This document shows, in pieces, positions 1 to 10,552 of a stretch of 64,000 nt of DNA (the stretch's first letter is position 1; each line of letters begins with the position of its first letter). The notes beneath the pieces are model-generated. The model was not told where the DNA came from, ran no database searches, and saw only the letters and a list, made by a program, of their open reading frames with translations. The stretch comes from an uncultured Rhodospirillales bacterium (GTDB lineage Bacteria > Pseudomonadota > Alphaproteobacteria > RF32 > CAG-239). The stretch lies in NCBI GenBank assembly GCA_902761715.1, contig CACWLK010000001.1, forward strand, positions 10,899-74,898, written 5' to 3'. Position numbers and translations under genes: made by a program.

Positions 1-624
1 AGTTTTTTCATCTACCAGAAAAACCGTATAAAATTCGTCCGGCAATTCCTCATTGTTCAACAAATATTGCTTTGCCTCTTTCACGCTCCAACTGTCAGGC
101 ATGCTGACAAAGTCGCGTGACATAATACGACCGGCAGAATCTTCCGGATAATTGAGTGATGATTGTACTTGATATTGCAGTTCCGGATCCAAGTGTTGAA
201 TAATCTGCTCTTGTTCTTCATCATCAAGGTTTTCCAACACTTCAACCGCATCGTCAGAATCCAACTCATTAACAATTTTGACGATTTGGTTTTCATCCAA
301 ACTCTCTAAAACCTGCTCTTGAACAACTTCGTTTAATTCAGGAAAAACTGCCGGATCAATCTTATCGCCCAAAATACTGACAAGTTTACGGCGGTGGTTG
401 ATATCCAACACCTCAATCAACTTGGCCAAATCATATTCGTCCAAACCGGCAACAATCTTTTTTACATGGATATCATCGTCTTCATTCAATCCGATAATAA
501 TCGAATTGACAAACTTTGGCCCCAGCCCTAAATAGGTCTGTTGCTCTTTTCTTTTTTGTTTTTTGGAAAAACGAACTGCCTTACGTCTAGTTACGGGAGA
601 CTTTTTGTTGGTTTTCTTGGTCAT
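1..624 (-). CDS. mgtE: Mg2+ transporter MgtE, N-terminal 208 codons (rest lies beyond the left edge)
   Basis: Edge-open ORF absent from the track. My translation from ATG 622-624 reads MTKKTNKK...LDSDDAVEVLENLDDEEQEQIIQHL...YPEDSAGRIMSRDFVSM, matching the MgtE N-domain and the start of the CBS pair. GGGGAGGG lies just upstream of the ATG. Confidence 0.8.
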   Translation of the reverse strand, partial: MTKKTNKKSPVTRRKAVRFSKKQKRKEQQTYLGLGPKFVNSIIIGLNEDDDIHVKKIVAGLDEYDLAKLIEVLDINHRRKLVSILGDKIDPAVFPELNEVVQEQVLESLDENQIVKIVNELDSDDAVEVLENLDDEEQEQIIQHLDPELQYQVQSSLNYPEDSAGRIMSRDFVSMPDSWSVKEAKQYLLNNEELPDEFYTVFLVDEKT

Positions 625-680
625 CAAATCCCTCCCCTAACTAAAATTATACTTTGGCAAAATCCTCTATAGAACTCAAT

Positions 681-766
681 TGGTGCGGCTGAGAAGACTT
701 GAACTTCCAAGAGCTTAGCTCATAACGACCTCAACGTTACGCGTTTACCAATTTCGCCACAGCCGC
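681..766 (-). tRNA. tRNA-Leu (anticodon GAG), 86 nt with long variable arm, CCA encoded
   Basis: Reverse complement GCGGCTG...TAACG-TTGAGGT-CGTTA...CAGCCGC-A-CCA folds as a cloverleaf. The 7-bp acceptor, the anticodon loop TTGAGGT and the long extra arm GAGCTAAGCTC fit a class II tRNA. Confidence 0.9.
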
Positions 767-833
767 ACAACTTTTTTACAAAGTCAAAGAGTGATTTAAA
801 CTAGTTTAAAAAAATAATCAAGCATTTTTTAAA

Positions 834-1052
834 CTACATTATCATTTTTAAGATTTCATTGTACGAATCGCTGACACTCATAACATCAGATAACTTTCTT
901 TCTGCCTTATAAGCTGCTGACATCATATCACTGATATCAAGGTCAAGATTGCTTTCCTTATAATCAGATACTCTTGTACAATCAGTTTTTTTCCCGATAT
1001 TCATCATTGCATTCTGATACATACAAAAATTGTGTAAAAACTCACCTGACAT
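834..1052 (-). CDS. hypothetical protein, 72 aa
   Basis: ORF with GGAGAGG just upstream of the ATG. No recognisable motif. Confidence 0.35.
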   Translation of the reverse strand: MSGEFLHNFCMYQNAMMNIGKKTDCTRVSDYKESNLDLDISDMMSAAYKAERKLSDVMSVSDSYNEILKMIM

Positions 1053-1138
1053 AGTGCCTCTCCATTCAAAAATGACATGGCAACTGTATCACATTTTGCG
1101 TTTTTCACAATCTTGAGAAAAGTTTTTCCACATTTAAA

Positions 1139-1495
1139 TTATTTTGCTAAACAATTATTGCCCTCAAAGCGATAATCGGTAACTCTTCCGCTCTTCATTG
1201 TAAAAGTTGTATTGCACCACAACCTCTGTTCATACCCGCCATGAAAGTCGGTATATGCCGTATTTCCCCAGAAATGAGTGGTCGCGCTGGGAGGATTATA
1301 ATAGTTTTGGGCACGTTTATAAGTCAGATATTTTGTACTTTTGTTCAGCTCATATACGCTATCCGGAGGTCCCATTCGGCTAATCAGTTCTTCTTCATCA
1401 AACCCTACATAATTACTAAGCATTTGTGCATATTTTTCCTGACTGGCACAACCCGCTGCCAACAAAAGTAGAAATATCCAACAAAATTTTTTCAT
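1139..1495 (-). CDS. putative lipoprotein
   Basis: MKKFCWIFLLLLAAGC carries a lipobox (LAAGC). I moved the start to ATG 1495, inside the longer track ORF. Confidence 0.6.
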   Translation of the reverse strand: MKKFCWIFLLLLAAGCASQEKYAQMLSNYVGFDEEELISRMGPPDSVYELNKSTKYLTYKRAQNYYNPPSATTHFWGNTAYTDFHGGYEQRLWCNTTFTMKSGRVTDYRFEGNNCLAK

Positions 1496-1505
1496 TTCGA
1501 CACCC

Positions 1506-2717
1506 TCATATTTTACGCAATATTGCAACAAAAAAGCCGTCTGTGCCTGTTGTTATCGGAGAAAACTGCAAACAATATTTGCTCTCAAACGGATACACCG
1601 CTTCAATCTTGTGTTTCCATATTTCTTCAATATCCACCTGTTCAAAATTTTTGTTCCTCAATAAAAACGCCTCAATCTGTTTCTTATTTTCCTCTTGTAA
1701 TATTGAACAAGTTATATATACGATTTCCCCGCCTTTTTTCACCCTCTGGGCTGCAAAATCCAGCAATTCTGACTGTATATCAACAAGTTGTCGCAACTTT
1801 TCACTATTCAAACGAAACTTTGCATCAGGACTGCGGCGCCAAGTTCCGCTCCCCGAACACGGAGCATCGATAATAAAACGATCATAATCATCAGCCACCT
1901 GCTCTGTCGTTACTTTTTTAATATTTGATATTTGCAGGCGTTTCATTCTGGCATCAAGGGCATCCATGCGTTTTATGTCAACATCATGTGCTTCAATACG
2001 TCCCTTGTTATGCAACAAATAGCCCAAAGCCAAACTCTTGCCTCCGGCACCGCAACAATAATCAATAATCTTGTGTTCCGGTTTCACATCACACAAAATC
2101 GATACTAATTGTGATGCCTCATCTTGCGGCTCAATCAATCCATCTTGAAAAACCATACAATTGTTTAGGTTTATTCTTTCATCAGAGCGAATACCTATCG
2201 GAGAAAAAGGCGTTTTAACAACATCATATCCTTCATCTTTCATCTTTTGAATAACAGTTTCACGACTGCCGGCATTGATTCTAAAATCTGCACTCGCCGG
2301 TATATTCAAACTTTTTAACAAGTCCATGTCGTTAATTTTTTCATACAGCCAACTCGGGCACTCTGCCTCCACATCAGCCGGATACGGAATATCTTCCAAA
2401 CTGTCCAGCCATTGTTTTTCTTTATCGTTTACCGGCAACATCCCATATTGTCTGCCGGCAAAAACCTCATCAAAATTCCCGTCTTTGAGATATACCAGCA
2501 ACAACTTGCGTATATCTTTGCTTTGGGCTTCAAACTCCAACCTTCTGCGATGTCGAATTATATTCCAGACTTCTGACGAAATAAATTTACGATCTTTTGA
2601 ACCGATAAAACGCCGCTCTCTGAAATAAGAGTTCAAAATATTATCTGCCGGCTGTTTATCAGCAAAAATCTCTCCGATCAACTCTGCAACTGCCTGATAA
2701 CGAGCTGAAGTCTGCAT
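1506..2717 (-). CDS. rsmB: RsmB/Sun-family rRNA (cytosine-C5) methyltransferase
   Basis: Motifs DYCCGAGGKS (AdoMet loop), IIDAPCSGSGTWRR and YITCS are the NOL1/NOP2/Sun catalytic cysteine motifs. Confidence 0.75.
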   Translation of the reverse strand: MQTSARYQAVAELIGEIFADKQPADNILNSYFRERRFIGSKDRKFISSEVWNIIRHRRRLEFEAQSKDIRKLLLVYLKDGNFDEVFAGRQYGMLPVNDKEKQWLDSLEDIPYPADVEAECPSWLYEKINDMDLLKSLNIPASADFRINAGSRETVIQKMKDEGYDVVKTPFSPIGIRSDERINLNNCMVFQDGLIEPQDEASQLVSILCDVKPEHKIIDYCCGAGGKSLALGYLLHNKGRIEAHDVDIKRMDALDARMKRLQISNIKKVTTEQVADDYDRFIIDAPCSGSGTWRRSPDAKFRLNSEKLRQLVDIQSELLDFAAQRVKKGGEIVYITCSILQEENKKQIEAFLLRNKNFEQVDIEEIWKHKIEAVYPFESKYCLQFSPITTGTDGFFVAILRKI

Positions 2718-2719
2718 TG

Positions 2720-3406
2720 TTACCCCCTAAAACCGATTGCCACCAAATATTCTTCAGGTGAAGTCTTGCGACTTGCATCCGGTTTAAAATGAGCCACCTT
2801 GGCAAAATTTTTCTTTATTTCTTTCAAAAATTCGCCTTCAGCACCGCCCTTAAAAACTTTAGCAATAAAAATTCCGCCTTCCGCCAAAACATCTTTAGCA
2901 AAATCATACGCCAATTCCACCAAAGCAATTGTCCGTAAATGATCGGTCTGCTGATGTCCGGTTGTATTTGCCGCCATATCACTCATTACAATATCGGCCT
3001 TGCCGTTCAAAAGAGCTTTTAATTTATCGGCAGCATCATCTGTTGTAAAATCCTGCTGTATTAAGGTTGCCCCTTCAATCGGTTCCGTCGGCAAAATATC
3101 AAGTCCGACCACCTGCCCCGTTCCTTTATTGCGTTGCACCGCAATCTGCGTCCAACCGCCCGGTGCACACCCTAAGTCCACAATGGTCTTGCCTTTTCCC
3201 AAAAATTTAAACTTTTCATCAAGCTGGATTAACTTAAAAGCCGCACGAGAACGATAGCCTTGGCTTTTAGCTTCAGCGACATACGGATCATTCAGTTGTC
3301 TCAACAACCATTGGTTTGACGACTTTTTTCGATATTTTGAAGTTTTTACCTTAACCGCCAAACCTCTTTTTGCCATAATTGAATTTGCCGTTTTAGTTTG
3401 TGCCAT
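2720..3406 (-). CDS. rlmE: 23S rRNA U2552 2'-O-methyltransferase RlmE (FtsJ)
   Basis: Motifs DLGCAPGGWTQ and IVMSDMAANTTGH, at the typical FtsJ length of 228 aa. Confidence 0.85.
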   Translation of the reverse strand: MAQTKTANSIMAKRGLAVKVKTSKYRKKSSNQWLLRQLNDPYVAEAKSQGYRSRAAFKLIQLDEKFKFLGKGKTIVDLGCAPGGWTQIAVQRNKGTGQVVGLDILPTEPIEGATLIQQDFTTDDAADKLKALLNGKADIVMSDMAANTTGHQQTDHLRTIALVELAYDFAKDVLAEGGIFIAKVFKGGAEGEFLKEIKKNFAKVAHFKPDASRKTSPEEYLVAIGFRG

Positions 3407-4391
3407 TTTTCAACTCCATTATAATGCCGTCAACCGCACTCTTTAATGACGCAATAATTTTATCAGCTTTCAAATCTTTGTATATTTGTGAAAAAATTAC
3501 ACATGCCGCATTAAATATTTCTGCTCGTGACTGCCCTATACAAGAATGCTCCAAGCGCTCATTATAACTCATTTTTCTAACATTCTCAATTGCACGATCA
3601 AAGTCTTGAGTTGCAACCACAACACCGTCCGCTCTTGTTCGTTCATAAGGATTCCAATCGTTTACGATATGTGTCAGCCTGAGCGGTGTGCTCGATGTTG
3701 CAACAAAACACAATTTATCTCTATATTTATCCAATTTTGCATCTGCTACAAAACTTTCGGAATATTTATGAATTTCCTCTGCCAGCTTTTCGGCCTTGAC
3801 TGCATCATAATCATTCAAATCAAATTTTTCCGAACTGTTTCTTGCACCCCACGGAATAGAAACCGTATGTAAAATCTTCGGATTAATCTCTTTGGTTGCC
3901 AGCGTAATTTCGGTTGACCCGCCGCCCAAATCATATACAACCACATATTTGACATTTTCATCTTTTACGTTTGCCATTGCCCCAAGCAAATTCAACCGGG
4001 CTTCTTCATATCCGTCAATTACTTCCAAATCAATATTTGCTTGTTGTTTTACTTTGCGCACAAACTCAGCTCCGTTCATCGCCATTCGGCAAGCTGCAGT
4101 TGCCACGGCTCGATACTGTTGCACATTATATTCGTCCATATGCATCTTAAACATACACAAACAATCAATGCCTCGAGCCATAGCCTCATCGGTAAAACAA
4201 TTATTTTTTGACATACCTTCTCCCAGCCGTGTCGGAACAGCACACTTAAACAGCTCATTACCTTTCATATCAGCAATCAGCAAGCGGCACGAATTTGTTC
4301 CCAAATCAATGGCTGCCAGACTTGAATCCCTCACGTCCGTCTCTCCTTTTGTTACGTCTGTAAAAATTATGTCTGCGACCTTTTGTATCAC
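3393..4391 (-). CDS. Ppx/GppA-family phosphatase, short form (paralog 2)
   Basis: AIDLGTNSCRLLIA and VYDLGGGSTEIT actin-like ATPase motifs. There is no C-terminal HD region. The start is uncertain because it overlaps the upstream paralog by 86 nt. Confidence 0.75.
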   Translation of the reverse strand: MIQKVADIIFTDVTKGETDVRDSSLAAIDLGTNSCRLLIADMKGNELFKCAVPTRLGEGMSKNNCFTDEAMARGIDCLCMFKMHMDEYNVQQYRAVATAACRMAMNGAEFVRKVKQQANIDLEVIDGYEEARLNLLGAMANVKDENVKYVVVYDLGGGSTEITLATKEINPKILHTVSIPWGARNSSEKFDLNDYDAVKAEKLAEEIHKYSESFVADAKLDKYRDKLCFVATSSTPLRLTHIVNDWNPYERTRADGVVVATQDFDRAIENVRKMSYNERLEHSCIGQSRAEIFNAACVIFSQIYKDLKADKIIASLKSAVDGIIMELKNGTN

Positions 4392-5382
4392 GATTATGCA
4401 TCATATCAAGCAGCATTCCTTCACGAATTCCTCTATCCGCAACCGTAATTTCCGATACCGGCCAAAAAGAACAAATTCCCTCAATAATCGCACATCCGGC
4501 AATTGTCAAATCAGCTTTTAGTGGACCGATACAGGGGTGTTTTTTACGTCCCTCTGTTCCCATGCGTCTTATTCGAGTAATAGAATGTTCCAAATCTTGT
4601 TTAGTAATCGAAATTCCGTCAACCGCAGAACGATTATAACGTGTCAAATTCAGCTGAATTGCCCCCAAAACCGTTACCGTTCCCGATGTTCCTATAACTT
4701 GAATTTCCTGGTTTTGAATGGCTTCATAAATATGGTATTTTGCCTCAAAATCTTCTAACAATTTGTGAGTGCGTTCAACAATTGTATCATAGGCCAAATT
4801 AGTCATATCTTTGTTTGGAAAAGCCTCTGATACCGTAACCACCCCATACGGCAAAGACACATATCCCTCAATAAAAGTCTTGCCCGTATTGGTAACTCTT
4901 GCCAACGAAATCTCGGTTGATCCGCCACCGATATCAAAAACCATAACTCTTTTCAAATTACGGTTCAGTAGTGGTACACAGCCAACCACAGCGAGTCTTG
5001 CTTCTTCTTGCGACGAAATAATTTCAATATTCAGCCCCGTTTGCTTTTTTACTTCCGCCAAAAAATCCTTGCAGTTATCGGCACGTCTGCAGGCTGCAGT
5101 AGCCACAAACCTTGACCTGTATATCGGAGAATATTCATTGATTACTTCCGAACAGATTTTCAGCGCCCGCACAGTTCTTCTGATTGCATCTCTGCTCAAA
5201 CGATTTTCGTTGATGATACCTTCACCCAAGCGGGTAATACGTGAAAATGTTTCAACAATTCTAAAAGACGTTGGCGTCGGAGTAGCAATAACCAATCGGC
5301 AAGAATTTGTTCCCAAATCTATTGCTGCATAGGTTCGGACATTATCTTCCGTTTTTCTAAATTTATTATACTTTTGCATCAT
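4306..5382 (-). CDS. Ppx/GppA-family phosphatase, short form (paralog 1)
   Basis: AIDLGTNSCRLVIA, VFDIGGGSTEIS and ADRGIREGML motifs, followed by a basic C-terminal tail (GRRHNFYRRNKRRDGREG). Confidence 0.8.
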   Translation of the reverse strand: MMQKYNKFRKTEDNVRTYAAIDLGTNSCRLVIATPTPTSFRIVETFSRITRLGEGIINENRLSRDAIRRTVRALKICSEVINEYSPIYRSRFVATAACRRADNCKDFLAEVKKQTGLNIEIISSQEEARLAVVGCVPLLNRNLKRVMVFDIGGGSTEISLARVTNTGKTFIEGYVSLPYGVVTVSEAFPNKDMTNLAYDTIVERTHKLLEDFEAKYHIYEAIQNQEIQVIGTSGTVTVLGAIQLNLTRYNRSAVDGISITKQDLEHSITRIRRMGTEGRKKHPCIGPLKADLTIAGCAIIEGICSFWPVSEITVADRGIREGMLLDMMHNRDTKGRRHNFYRRNKRRDGREGFKSGSH

Positions 5383-5464
5383 TTGCCATCATTCATACTG
5401 TACAAAATATTCTTGCCATTCTGAACGATTTTTATTGCAAGTGCAAGCTATTTAAACACCGACC

Positions 5465-6580
<1,116 letters not shown>

Positions 6581-6663
6581 TTACATTTCTCTGCCCGAAA
6601 GTATGACACACAAAAAGTTACCAAAATATTAATATTCACACATAAAGAATTTAAAAATCCACA

Positions 6664-6690
6664 ACAAAAAAAGCGTCCCGAAGGACGCTT
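6664..6690 (-). terminator. Rho-independent terminator of the 87-aa gene
   Basis: GCGTCC-CGAA-GGACGC hairpin (6673-6688). The A-run 6664-6672 becomes the T-run on the minus strand. Confidence 0.7.
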
Positions 6691-6699
6691 TTGAAAAAT

Positions 6700-6717
6700 G
6701 AAGAAGAAGAAGAAGAG
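6700..6717. repeat. (GAA)5 purine microsatellite
   Basis: GAAGAAGAAGAAGAAGAG lies between the stop of the 87-aa gene and its terminator. Confidence 0.9.
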
Positions 6718-6728
6718 TATAAATGAGG

Positions 6729-6992
6729 CTACACAGCCATCAGCATTTCCTTAGTAGCGCGGGCCCGAGCGATATTCAGTGTTCTGCGGCGTTCCGAAGA
6801 GCGTGATTTGGTTACCACTCTTACTTTGCCGCCGGAGAAATCACATACCACTTTGCCGACCCGACGACCTTTGATATTTTTCCTTAGTTCATCAGAGATT
6901 CCGAAAGCGCTGACATACTTGTTGATCTTCTCTACTGGGGCAGTTGACATCATGTGCCATTCTTCTGCCATGTTTTTCTTTTTCTGTATCAT
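6729..6992 (-). CDS. hypothetical basic protein, 87 aa (SD-less cassette class)
   Basis: ORF with its own terminator. The leader CAATTAATTATTAAGATA-ATG has no SD. A later Met (MAEEW) is an alternative start. Confidence 0.5.
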   Translation of the reverse strand: MIQKKKNMAEEWHMMSTAPVEKINKYVSAFGISDELRKNIKGRRVGKVVCDFSGGKVRVVTKSRSSERRRTLNIARARATKEMLMAV

Positions 6993-7073
6993 TATCTTAA
7001 TAATTAATTGCGTGAGTATGGTTATCTCATATTTTTAGACAAAAGTCAACAACTTTTTGACAAATTAGACGCA

Positions 7074-7694
7074 TTATTTTATAAGTGCTTGAATCGGCTT
7101 ATAACTTTTTCTGTGTTCGGGAGTGATTCCGTACTTTTTTAACCCCTCAATGTGGCAGGCTGTCCCATAACCGGCATTTTTTTCAAAACCATAATAAGGA
7201 TATTTTTTAGCCATTTCTTTCATGATGCGGTCTCGATAGACTTTTGCCGCAATCGATGCCGCCGCAACCGACATTGATTTTGCATCTCCTTTTATCACAG
7301 TTTTTGTCTTGCATTTAAAGTTATTCGGCGTTCTGTTTCCGTCAATCAATGCAACATCGGGGCATTGAGGCAATTTATCGGTTGCGCGTTTCATTGCCAA
7401 AAATGTAGCCTGCAAAATATTCATTTCATCAATTTCACGGCAACTTGCCTCCCCGATACCTATATATAATTTTCCCTCTGCCTGTTCTCGCAAAAGTTCG
7501 TCATAAAGCATTTCTCGTTTTTTGGCTGACAGTTTTTTGGAATCATCAAGCCCGTCCAACAAAGTCTTTGACAGTTGCTTGTCCAAAATTACCACAGCTC
7601 CGGCCACAACCGGTCCTGCCCATGGTCCGCGCCCCGCCTCATCTATGCCGGCAACTAAACCGCTATACATATTTTCAAGTTCAAAATCAGGCAT
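7074..7694 (-). CDS. rnhB: ribonuclease HII
   Basis: GIDEAGRGPWAGPVVAGAVV motif. I moved the start to ATG 7694 (MPDFELE...), because the track ORF extends upstream. Confidence 0.85.
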   Translation of the reverse strand: MPDFELENMYSGLVAGIDEAGRGPWAGPVVAGAVVILDKQLSKTLLDGLDDSKKLSAKKREMLYDELLREQAEGKLYIGIGEASCREIDEMNILQATFLAMKRATDKLPQCPDVALIDGNRTPNNFKCKTKTVIKGDAKSMSVAAASIAAKVYRDRIMKEMAKKYPYYGFEKNAGYGTACHIEGLKKYGITPEHRKSYKPIQALIK

Positions 7695-7793
7695 ATTCCA
7701 ATCCTCTCTTGTGTATTTTGTACTTTCTGCCAGACCAAAAGTCAAATAAAAAAGCTCCGATTTCTCGGAGCTTTTAACTTGCACAGACCACAA

Positions 7794-8027
7794 TCAGCGA
7801 ATTGCCGGTTCGGTCATATCCTGACTGTTATAACGTTTTTTCATAACATCTGAAAAACGAGAAGCGCCGTCGCTAACGTTTGAAGTCCCTTTTTCAGTTG
7901 TTGTAACTGCTGATTTTGCCGCATTTAATGTTTTATAATACAGAGCCTTCGGTTCAATACCATATCCCCACCAAGCAACCGCAAAAATCAAAGCGATTAA
8001 TGTTGCAAAAGTAATTAACAATCTCAT
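7794..8027 (-). CDS. small membrane-anchored protein, 77 aa
   Basis: N-terminal TM segment MRLLITFATLIALIFAVAWWGYG, with GGGGAGGA upstream. Confidence 0.5.
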   Translation of the reverse strand: MRLLITFATLIALIFAVAWWGYGIEPKALYYKTLNAAKSAVTTTEKGTSNVSDGASRFSDVMKKRYNSQDMTEPAIR

Positions 8028-8086
8028 TATTCAATCCTCCCCAAATTATTTACGGATATTATTAAACCTTAAAATTAAAAAAATCT

Positions 8087-9574
8087 TTAATTTTTTACCT
8101 GTTTTATTCTTAAATTATTATCATACACATTTGCGGCTTTTCTAATCAAGCGGTCGCCTATCCCGTATTTAATCTTAAGCATATTTCGTGCTCCGATTTT
8201 ACGATCCAGAAACATTTGTGTTTTTCCGATTATATTGGCCAACACCCTGCCCGTAACCGGAATATCGATTTTTATATACTTATCCAACTTTACAAACTTA
8301 TATTTTCCGGTATAGGGATTATAAACTCGGAAACTGTAAAGCATTGAGCGCATCAATACATATTCTTTGCGCAACTCATCAAGTCCTTTTGCCACCGAAC
8401 TGAAACGCAGCAACCACTGCAACCTTTGTACAAGCTTTTCATAATGAGCATCTAAATTATAATCTGTCCAATATTTGAGTTTGGTATTCACCACAAAATC
8501 CAGATTACTCAAAAGCCGGTTTCGTTCCGCCTCACTGCGAGACGCCAACACTGCAAAACATTGTTCTTTCCTCGCCAATGCATCCCAATCATGATCATGC
8601 CAATATCGATCAATTCTGTCCAACGTTACTGCCAAATGCGCCGAACGCTCGTCCTCCACCAATATATAATAGCAATCAGCGGCCAGCAACGCCTTTGAAT
8701 TAGGTTTCAAGCATCTGTTTTCAAGCAATATCCTGTTTTTAAGATGATGATATTCGTGCACCATAACACTGCGATAGTCAGCATGCGTATCACGCAGCTC
8801 TGCATATGTTTTATAAAGACACGAGTACATAATTTGTGATTTTCTGTCTTTGCAAAATTTTCTGATAACTTCCACAAAAATCTCATTCGGCGTTTTTTCT
8901 CTGACAAACCACGATTTTTTGGCTTTCATACGCCGGTTCAACTCGTTGTCTATTCGTTTAATATAGTTCCAATCATCGGAATTAAAAATGTAACAATATT
9001 CCCCGATCATAATTTCCGAGCCGTGTGCCGAAATTTTTTTAATCTCGGATGTTGCCGGCGATATATCCACCCGATACATCACGCTGTTCCACTTAACAAA
9101 GTTTGACAGTACCGAGCGTTTAATCGAAATTCCCGTCTTTTTAAGCAACGGAGGAATATCTTTATCTCTCAAAACCACGGGGTCAGTTAGCACACCGGCC
9201 ACTTCCTTAGGCGCCGGATATGCAAATGCATTCTTAAAATTGCCGGAATTTATTATTCTTATTTCAAATTCATCTTCAAGTTGTTCGCGACCGACTTCCG
9301 TTTCGATAAAAAACACCAAATCCTGTGTCGCCTTAAAATCAACATCTGCCGCAATACGTTCAAAATTTTCCAGAGTATAAAATTGTAACGAATTTTGTGC
9401 TGCATATTGCTGACCGTTAAGTTTAGAGATTTTTTTCATGGTTGACCACGCATTGTAACGACAAAACTCATCAAACGAAATCTCGGCGAGTTTAGCCGCA
9501 GTCCATGCGTCAACTTCTCTTTTTACCACAAAAAAACTGCCATTTTTTCCGGCAACGACGTCCATCTCATACAC
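8087..9574 (-). CDS. hypothetical 495-aa protein with HExxH motif
   Basis: Long ORF. HEYHH is encoded at nt 8744-8758. I recognise no other family signature. Confidence 0.6.
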   Translation of the reverse strand: MYEMDVVAGKNGSFFVVKREVDAWTAAKLAEISFDEFCRYNAWSTMKKISKLNGQQYAAQNSLQFYTLENFERIAADVDFKATQDLVFFIETEVGREQLEDEFEIRIINSGNFKNAFAYPAPKEVAGVLTDPVVLRDKDIPPLLKKTGISIKRSVLSNFVKWNSVMYRVDISPATSEIKKISAHGSEIMIGEYCYIFNSDDWNYIKRIDNELNRRMKAKKSWFVREKTPNEIFVEVIRKFCKDRKSQIMYSCLYKTYAELRDTHADYRSVMVHEYHHLKNRILLENRCLKPNSKALLAADCYYILVEDERSAHLAVTLDRIDRYWHDHDWDALARKEQCFAVLASRSEAERNRLLSNLDFVVNTKLKYWTDYNLDAHYEKLVQRLQWLLRFSSVAKGLDELRKEYVLMRSMLYSFRVYNPYTGKYKFVKLDKYIKIDIPVTGRVLANIIGKTQMFLDRKIGARNMLKIKYGIGDRLIRKAANVYDNNLRIKQVKN

Positions 9575-9699
9575 CCTGTTGATACTACTAAAAATTTAGT
9601 AAATAAATTTAAAAACCGCAACAACTTATATTTTGGTATCCACAAGCCTTGACTATTAAAACATTATATGTTACTTTCCCCGAACTAATCCCTATTATT

Positions 9700-10506
9700 A
9701 TGAACGTACAACTATTAAAAGACTTCCGTTGTGCACAACTTGTCCACGACACGTTATGTGCAAAGACCGATTGTGTTGATGAAAACGAACTCTGTGTCTG
9801 TGGCTATATCGTCTGCATAGACGATGACCCGACATCTGCTCTGTATGCTGCCCGTCTTGCCAAACTTCATAAAGATTTGTATTCCGTTATGCCCCGTATT
9901 TTATGTGTCGGCGGCAACGGATTACTTAGCAAGTGGACACACCATACGACTGAGGGAAAACTCTTGGCAATATGCTGTCAGCGACTTGGTATTCCGTCCT
10001 CCAAAATCACCATTTTGGATCATGGAACCAACACCGGCGCCAACGTGCAAGAAATTGCCGCCTTTGTCAATGGAGATCCCGCTACCGTACTTTTTGTCGC
10101 CACCAAACGGCTATCATTACGTCTTCAGCTGACCGTACAAGCCCAAGCTCCCAAGCTTATGGCTCGTTACTATGTTATTGATGAAAGCGTTTTTGAAGCC
10201 TGCAAATGGATGAACGGCAAACGTATCGGACAAGGGCAAATGATGCTTCACGAGCTCGCCTCAATCTTAAACCGCTGTGATGCTTACGCCGGAACTTTTC
10301 AGGCTCCTATCCCCTTTGAAGTGCCTGCCGAAGTCCGCCAAGCAGCAAATCATCTTGCCGCCAAATATCGTCTGAAACTGCCGCATAAAAACTTGCGGTC
10401 TTTCGGACAATACATATGGCTGCTCTGCGGTTTAATTCGCAATCGTCGATTAATTGAATTTGATCTTAATCACTACATCAAGTTCTGCAAAAGATCTGGT
10501 GCCTAG
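9700..10506 (+). CDS. DUF218 (YdcF/ElyC-like) domain protein
   Basis: ILCVGGNG...TEGKLLAICCQRLGIPSSKITILDHGTNTGANV resembles the DUF218 core. I chose ATG 9700 over the TTG at 9649 listed in the track. Confidence 0.55.
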   Translation: MNVQLLKDFRCAQLVHDTLCAKTDCVDENELCVCGYIVCIDDDPTSALYAARLAKLHKDLYSVMPRILCVGGNGLLSKWTHHTTEGKLLAICCQRLGIPSSKITILDHGTNTGANVQEIAAFVNGDPATVLFVATKRLSLRLQLTVQAQAPKLMARYYVIDESVFEACKWMNGKRIGQGQMMLHELASILNRCDAYAGTFQAPIPFEVPAEVRQAANHLAAKYRLKLPHKNLRSFGQYIWLLCGLIRNRRLIEFDLNHYIKFCKRSGA

Positions 10507-10519
10507 TGGTATCTCAAAC

Positions 10520-10548
10520 AAAAAAGACCGCCCAAAGCGGTCTTTTTG
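10520..10548. terminator. bidirectional Rho-independent terminator
   Basis: AGACCGC-CCAAA-GCGGTCT hairpin flanked by an A-run and a T-run, between convergent genes. Confidence 0.75.
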
Positions 10549-10552
10549 CTTA

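Noticed and set aside
625-680. A possible Mg2+ (M-box) riboswitch upstream of mgtE.
   Set aside because: Only 56 nt separate the mgtE start from tRNA-Leu, which is too short for an M-box aptamer, and I saw no conserved structure.
6993-7010. Reading the TTAA-rich leaders of the SD-less cassettes as CtrA boxes (TTAA-N7-TTAAC), given the alphaproteobacterial host and the nearby ccrM.
   Set aside because: I checked each leader. None has two TTAA half-sites at the required 7-nt spacing. The closest is TTAA-N8-TTAAC upstream of 57265.
9649-9699. The TTG start at 9649 given for the DUF218 ORF in the track.
   Set aside because: The extension (MTIKTLYVTFPELIPII) overlaps what looks like the promoter (TTGACT at 9649-9654). 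ATG 9700 gives a sensible N-terminus.
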